From assembly GCA_965205655.1 (NCBI GenBank), contig CBDBIJ010000022.1, forward strand, positions 113,546 to 177,545: 64,000 bases of DNA, read 5' to 3'. Below the pieces are notes generated by a model, which was given only the letters and a program-made list of their open reading frames with translations, made no database searches and had not been told where the DNA came from. The translations under genes and the position numbers were made by a program. Source of the DNA: Candidatus Latescibacterota bacterium (lineage in GTDB: Bacteria > Latescibacterota > UBA2968 > UBA8231). Shown in pieces: positions 57,807-64,000 of the stretch; positions within the stretch are counted from its first letter, which is position 1, and the number at the start of each line of letters is the position of its first letter.

Positions 57807-58702
57807 CTACTCGCCGTCGTCCAATGTTGCCGACGGATACGGACCTCGACTGCGGAGTCCCGCTCTCAAAAAGGCGCCAGCATGGCCGCCGATGCGATCG
57901 ATCGCCGTTTCCGTCAGTCCATTGGCGACAAAGTTGGCGGACAGGTAATCGCCGAGGGCCTGCAGCCGCGGGGTCCCCGCCTCCAGACCACCCCAGTCGG
58001 CGCTCCGAAGGCTCTGCCACAGCCCGAGAATGACCCGCGGATTCCAGTAGACGTAGCTGCTGCAGCTGCCCCGCACCCCACTCGGCCCCAGCTCCGACCA
58101 GCGGTGCTCGCTCGCGAACACGTTGACGAAGGCGGACAGTGCTTCGCACCCCTCCTGTTCGGAGCCTATCGTCTCGGCATTCGCCATGGCCATGAGGTAG
58201 TTGGGCACTGCTTCTTTGAGCGCCTGATGTTGCGCCAAGGTCAACGTCTTCTTGGCCCGCCTGGTGTCGAAGATGGACAAAGGGAGGTTGCCGGAGGCCC
58301 GCGCCACCTCGAAGAAGAAGGGGACGACGTGCTCATCGCCCACCTCCATCCAGTAAGGAGTGCCACCTGGATGGCGCTCGCGCCGATCTCGCCGGCCCAG
58401 GCGGCGCGCTGCGCCGCCCCGAGAGTGTAGGTCGAGGTGCAACCGACCATGGCTGGCGTGCCATGTGACCGACATTCTTCCACTAAGGCAGCGGAAACGT
58501 GTCTGAATTCCTCCAGCTCCATGGCGTAGAATTCGCCCGTCGTGCCGCCACAGAACAGACCCGGCATGCCGGCCTCGCAGCAGCGGGCCACATCGGCGCG
58601 GTAGGTCTCCTCGTCGAATGCGTCTTCGTCCGTCCACGGGACCGGCAGTCCGGCCCACGGCCCCACGAACGTGTCCCTGTCGAGTTGCCCGCTGGTGAAC
58701 AC
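57807..58702 (-). CDS. DapA/N-acetylneuraminate lyase family protein; frameshift near 58357
   Basis: GLPVPW, GGTTGEFY, second half beginning PYWMEV. Confidence 0.75.
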
Positions 58703-58868
58703 GGCTCCATTCTCCCATCTCATCCAATCGCTTGAAAATAGGGAGCTTGCGGAATCTTGGAAATAATCACGTGAGGCGGTCAGAAAGCAGACCACACCTG
58801 GGACAGCGGCAGGCGGCACTGTTCGGTAGTGATGCCGTGCGATACTTTTGCCCGTGAGGAGACGCCGG

Positions 58869-60665
58869 ATGGAAAAAGTCAGCGACCACCTGTTCTGGGT
58901 CCGACACACCTGCAGCGTCTACGGCGTCGTCGCCGACGGCTTCACCATGCTCATCGATTGCGGGACTCACTTCTTTGCCTCTCCTGATATGCACGTCTCC
59001 TTACCGAGGGTGGAGCAGGTCCTGCTAACCCACTTTCACCGCGACCAGTGCGCCGCTGCCGAAAAATGGTCGCGTCAGGGCGCCACGATCGTCATCCCCT
59101 TTGCAGAACGTCGCTTTCTCGAGGAGAGCGACCTGCAACGCGCTGCCTATGACATCTATGACAACTATACATCCTATTATCCCTGCTTCGGCCCCCCTGC
59201 GCGATGTCGATGCCACCGACTACGCCCACGACTACGAGACGCTTCGCTGGCGCGGCTTCTCATTCGCCGTAATTCCTCTCCCCGGTCACACATTCGGATC
59301 GGTCGGGTATCTCTTCGAGGTCGATGGGGCGCGCGTCCTCGCGTGCGGTGACCTCGTGTGTGGGCCGGGACGGCTCCGCGATTACTACTGGTGCCAGTGG
59401 CGCTACATTGACTTCCAAGGTCACGTCAACCTCCTCGAGAGCTTGGAGGTCGTTGCCGGTCTCGGCGTCGATCTTATCCTCCCCGGACACGGGGCCCCCT
59501 TCGAACCTGATGAGCGTCGGTTCCAGCACCTGCGGGATGAGCTGGCGGAGATTTGGGAGCTCTTCCACAACGACACCTACGAACCATTTCGCCCGAAGTT
59601 TCGTCAGCTGTCGCAGCACGTGTGGGAGATTTCGAATGTCCAGGCCTGCCCCTACATCGTCACCGATGGAGAGGGGAACGGCCTGTTCATCGACTGCGGA
59701 TACACCTCGAATGTTCCGATCGGGGGGAATCCCCACCGCTTCATCGATCGGCTCACCCGATGGCTGGAGCCGGAGCTCGGCCTGCGGCAGGTGGAATACT
59801 TCCTACCGACCCATTACCACGACGATCACCTGGCCGGCTACCCGGCCCTGAAGGCCCGCTACGGAACCCGGATCGTCGCCTCCAGCCACGTCCGCGACCT
59901 GCTCTCACATCCGGAGCGCTACGACATGCCCTGTGCCGTTCCGCTCGGCTTCGAGCTGGACGAGGCCGTCGAGCCCGGGGCGTTTTTCGAGTGGCGCGGC
60001 GTACGTTTCTTTATCGAGCCACACCCGGGACAGACGCTCTACGACCAGCACATACGCTTCGAGGTGGACGACCGCACGTATCTGGCCATCGGCGATGCTG
60101 TCTCCGGTGCGTCCTTCCGGGAAAAGCGGGACTACATCCACTCGTTCATCCCGAAGAACCGCACCCCCTTGAACGAGTACGAATCCATCCCTCGAAACAT
60201 CGGCGCGCCCACAGTCCTGACGTACTCCTCACCGGGCACGGGGGAGCGGTCGAGCTCGATCCCGACAAATTGGCGCGGTGGCAGGGCTGGATGGAGCGCT
60301 GGCAGGAACTGTTCACGGGCGTCGTCGATCGGACCCATCCAAACCTGTCCATGGATCCTCGCTGGATCGAGTTCTGCCCGTACAGGGTTCGCATTCGGCC
60401 TGGAGATGAACGCATCTTCCATCTGTGGGTGACAAACCACGAGTCCGCGCCCCGCAGCTGCGAAATCGCGCTCAGATCCGTCGACGGAGTCGACCTCGAT
60501 CCAACACAACTCGAGCTCCGCATCGATGCCGGAGCGAAGGTAGTGACCGAAGTCAGGGCCCGTTTCCCCGATTCGGTTGCCACTCATTCACTGCCACTGC
60601 TCGCCGATGTGACATGGGACGGTGAACGCCTCGGCGAAGTTGCCGAGGCGGTGGCCTACTGGTAG
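58869..60665 (+). CDS. Tandem MBL-fold metallo-hydrolase; frameshifts near 59195 and 60200
   Basis: THFHRDQ...PGHT...GD...PGHG, then THYHDDH...PGQT...GD...TGHG across three ORFs. Confidence 0.82.
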
Positions 60666-60882
60666 CCTCCCAGAGCGAGAAAATCAGTTACAAATCGGAT
60701 AGCTCTGCTTATCTTGGAAGGACTTACCCGGTTTCGGATCGCCGAGATCAGGTCGTCGTCACATCATCCCCCCGGCGCCGGTCCCGACTCTCCTACCCCT
60801 GCCCCAACTCCCACAAGCACCGCGCCAGTGCCCGGGCTCAGAAAACGCCCGGCTCCCCTGTTTCAGGGAGGAGGATTCTCCT

Positions 60883-61164
60883 GTGGCCCTCGGACTATCG
60901 TATTGTTGTGAATGCGGTCAGAAGTTCAAGATCTATCTGCCCAAAGGAAAGGTCTACGGCGACGCTGTGAGTCGCGCCGTCGACTGGCGCGCCATTGACG
61001 CCCGGGAAGAAGCGGACGGCGGGGTGGACGAGGTCAGACGTGTCGCTGAAACGACCGGCTGCACCTTCGTCGACGGCCGTCGAGCCCGTACCTTCACCTG
61101 CCCGGGCTGTACGAGTGAAGTCGATGTGGTGGAGCACTTCCGCAGCCGCGTCATGACGATGTAG
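60883..61164 (+). CDS. Small Zn-ribbon hypothetical protein
   Basis: GGAGGAGG SD; CCECG and CPGC motifs. Confidence 0.65.
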   Translation: MALGLSYCCECGQKFKIYLPKGKVYGDAVSRAVDWRAIDAREEADGGVDEVRRVAETTGCTFVDGRRARTFTCPGCTSEVDVVEHFRSRVMTM

Positions 61165-61200
61165 ACGAGCTCAGGGCTTTCGTGGCGTTGGCCCCAACGG

Positions 61201-62599
61201 TCACTGTTCATCCAGTTTGTTGAGGCCGTTGAGGGCGGCGATCCGGTAACCCTCCGCAAACGTTGGGTAGTTGAAGATGTTGTCGACGAAGTAGTCGACT
61301 CGCGCCTTCATGCTGATGGCCATCTGCCCCAGCGGCACGAGCTCGGTGGCGTGGGCCGATGATGTGGGTGGCGAGCAGCTCCAGAGACTGTGCGTGGAAG
61401 ATGAGCTTCAACAGCCCCTTCGTGTCGCCGGCGATGGGACCGCGGGCCATCTCGTAATAGTGGGCTCGTCCGACCTCGTACGGCACGCCTTGCTCGTTTA
61501 GCTCGGCCTCCGTCGGCCCGATACTGGAAATCTCCGGAATCGTGTAAATCCCATAAGGAAAGAATTCGGGGAAGGGGTGGCTCGTCATTGACAGGGCGTT
61601 GCGCACGGCGAGCCGGCCCTGTTCCATTGAGGTCGAGGCCAGCGCCGACGGTCCGATGACATCGCCGGCGGCATAGATGTCGGGATTTTCCGTCTGGAAT
61701 TGCTCGTTGACGGGTATGTAGCCCAGTTTATCGAGTTCGATTCCCGCCTTCTCCAGGCTGAGGCCATCCACGTTGGCGATGCGGCCCATCGAGTAGAACA
61801 GGCAGTCGGCCCGCACGCGCCCTCCGTCCTTGAGCACCACCTCCGCACGGCCATCCTCACCCTTGCGCAGCTGCTCGATCGCCGCGCCCAGCTTGAGCGT
61901 TAGCCCGAGATCGGAGATGTACTGCATGAACAGGCGCCCGATCTCCTCGTCCAGCATGCGGAGCAGATCGTCGCGGCGGTCCATGAGAGTCACCTCGAGC
62001 CCGAGCGCGGCGAACATGGTGGCGTACTCGCAGCCGATAATGCCGCCACCCAGAACGATGAGAGACTTCGGCAGCCTGTCCATCCGAAAGACCATATCCG
62101 AGTCGACGAACAGGTCTTCGTGCTCTGGCAGGTCGATGGGATGGCGGGGACTCGAGCCGGTGGCGATGAGGGTCTTATCGGCTTCGATCCCAGTCGTGAC
62201 CTGACCGCCGTCATCGACAATCTCGATGGTGTGTCCATCGGCAAACCTGGCGGCACCGTAGGCAGTCTGGATCCCGTTCTTCTCGCACTGCTCTCCAAGC
62301 ACCCGGTTCTCATCCTCGATGACCTTGTTCACGCGCAGCTTCAGATCCTCGACGGCGATCGCGTTCCCGGACCGCGAGCTCTCGCCGAAATACTCGGTTT
62401 GAAGAAAGCCGGTTAGGTCGAGAATGGCCGCCCGCAGCGTCTTCGAGGGGATCGTCCCCTGGTTCAGACACGCCCCACCCAGAAGTCCGAGTCGGTCGGC
62501 GACGATGACCTTCTTCCCCGCCTTGGCGCCCTGAATGGCGCCCTTCTGGCCAGCCGGACCACCGCCGATGACGACGAGGTCCACCGTGCGAGATTTCAT
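61201..62599 (-). CDS. sthA: Soluble NAD(P)+ transhydrogenase; frameshift near 61355
   Basis: [22 protein letters not shown] (single Cys), [10 protein letters not shown]; the other frame ends [23 protein letters not shown]. Confidence 0.88.
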
Positions 62600-62617
62600 C
62601 TATCCTTTCCCTCTCCC

Positions 62618-64000
62618 TCAGCTTCGCGGGCCGACCATCTGCTCCGGTCTCACGAACTCCTCGAACTGCTCCGCCGTCAGCAACCCCAGCTCTATCGCCG
62701 TCTCTTTGAGCGTCTTGTCATCCTGGTAGGCCTTCTTCGCCACCTTGGCGGCGTTGTCGTAGCCGATGTGGGGGTTGAGCGCCGTCACCAACATGAGCGA
62801 CTGTTCCATCAACGACTGAATGCGCTCGCGATTCGGCTCGATGCCGACGGCGCAGTTGTCGTTGAAGCTGCGACAGGCATCGGCGAGCAACCTCGTCGAA
62901 TGCAGCACGTTGTGAATTATCACTGGTTTGAACACGTTCAGCTGAAAATTCCCCGCTGCGCCGGCGATGCCGACGGCGACGTCGTTGCCCATTACCTGGG
63001 CGCAGACCATCGTCATCGCTTCGCACTGAGTCGGGTTTACCTTCCCGGGCATGATCGACGAACCGGGCTCATTCTCCGGAATTCGCAGCTCCCCGATGCC
63101 GCATCGCGGCCCCGAGGCGAGCCAGCGCACGTCGTTGGCGATCTTCATGAGGCTGGCGGCAATCGTCTTGAGCTGGCCGCTTGCCTCCACGAGGCCGTCG
63201 TGGGCTGAAAGGACCTCAAACTTGTTCGGCGCCGTTGCGAATGGATGCCCGCTCAGCTCGGCGATCCGTGCTGCCACTCTGACGGCAAACTCGGGGTGCG
63301 CGTTCAGCCCGGTACCCACCGCCGTGCCTCCCAGAGCCAGGGGGTAAAGCGGCTCCGTCGCCGCCCTCGCCCGGCGAATACCCTGGCGCAGCTGCGCGAC
63401 ATGGCCTGACAACTCCTGGCCCAGGGTGAGAGGAGTCGCATCCTGGAGGTGGGTGCGACCGATCTTGATGACATCCTCAAAGGCGGCCGATTTCTGCGCC
63501 AGGGTAGTCACGAGCGTTTCGAGTGAGGGAGTGAGCTGCCCGGCGATTGCGTCCACGGCGGCCACGTGCATGGCGGTCGGAAAGACGTCGTTGGAGGACT
63601 GGCCGCGATTCACGTGGTCGTTCGGGTGCACGGGGTCCTTCGAGCCGAGCGTCCCGCCGGCAAGTTCGATCGCCCGGTTCGAGATGACCTCGTTCGCGTT
63701 CATGTTCGACTGCGTGCCGCTGCCCGTCTGCCACACGACGAGGGGAAAGTGATCGTCCCACCTTCCGGCGATCACTTCGTCCGCCGCCTGTACTATCAGG
63801 TCGGCGGTGTCGCTGTCGAGGGCACCCAGCTCTCCGTTTACCAGGGCTGAAGCCTTTTTCACGATCCCCAGAGCCTTGATCATCTCCCTGGGAAACCGAT
63901 CCGCGCCGATGCGAAAATTCTGCAGCGAGCGCTGCGTCTGGGCGCCGTAGTAACGATCGGAGGGGACTCCCACCTCCCCCATGCTGTCGGTTTCGATTCG
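62618..64000 (-). CDS. fumC: Class II fumarate hydratase (5' end beyond the window)
   Basis: [36 protein letters not shown]. Confidence 0.96.
   Translation of the reverse strand, partial: RIETDSMGEVGVPSDRYYGAQTQRSLQNFRIGADRFPREMIKALGIVKKASALVNGELGALDSDTADLIVQAADEVIAGRWDDHFPLVVWQTGSGTQSNMNANEVISNRAIELAGGTLGSKDPVHPNDHVNRGQSSNDVFPTAMHVAAVDAIAGQLTPSLETLVTTLAQKSAAFEDVIKIGRTHLQDATPLTLGQELSGHVAQLRQGIRRARAATEPLYPLALGGTAVGTGLNAHPEFAVRVAARIAELSGHPFATAPNKFEVLSAHDGLVEASGQLKTIAASLMKIANDVRWLASGPRCGIGELRIPENEPGSSIMPGKVNPTQCEAMTMVCAQVMGNDVAVGIAGAAGNFQLNVFKPVIIHNVLHSTRLLADACRSFNDNCAVGIEPNRERIQSLMEQSLMLVTALNPHIGYDNAAKVAKKAYQDDKTLKETAIELGLLTAEQFEEFVRPEQMVGPRS

Noticed and set aside
60820..60880. Hairpins upstream of the Zn-ribbon gene overlapping its SD (CTCCCCTG-TTT-CAGGGAG)
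   Set aside because: No recognisable riboswitch consensus; a short GC-rich stem could be chance.
1..64000. CRISPR arrays, tRNA/rRNA, prophage, integron or retron elements
   Set aside because: No repeat-spacer arrays, cloverleaf motifs, integrase, reverse transcriptase or phage genes seen by eye; a covariance-model scan was not possible.

Overview
GC-rich bacterial chromosomal window from a diderm heterotroph (TonB receptor, Omp85-type and porin barrels). The gene mix (GH127, PhyH dioxygenase, many SDRs, enolase-superfamily enzyme, SSS symporters) resembles Latescibacterota/Poribacteria-type genomes, but that is only an impression. Contents: (1) 0-25 kb, catabolic genes plus an IS1380 that disrupts an Omp85 gene, an IS30, a DUF2089/DUF4097 envelope module, and a TPP-riboswitch-controlled thiamine operon (TonB receptor-thiN-SSS). 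(2) 25.5-47 kb, a ~21 kb minus-strand Wzm/Wzt surface-glycan locus with few glycosyltransferases and many tailoring enzymes. It includes a radical SAM/SPASM enzyme, a YxDPG miniprotein, a kinase-like/methyltransferase fusion, a sulfatase-fold membrane protein and a GT-C protein, and it carries a second, inverted IS30. (3) 47-64 kb, mixed housekeeping and accessory genes: degenerate Fic, PolB-type exonuclease with a clamp motif, purM, aspartate kinase, sthA, fumC. More than a dozen genes have small frameshifts, mostly in homopolymers, probably sequencing error. Three genes have larger internal deletions that look like real decay. No rRNA, tRNA or CRISPR array was seen. Best candidates for undescribed biology: the glycan-tailoring module, an unannotated 58-aa leader ORF at the head of that locus, and a tandem-duplicated His-rich protein of unknown function between two SDRs. 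All family assignments are by eye from motifs; no searches were run.
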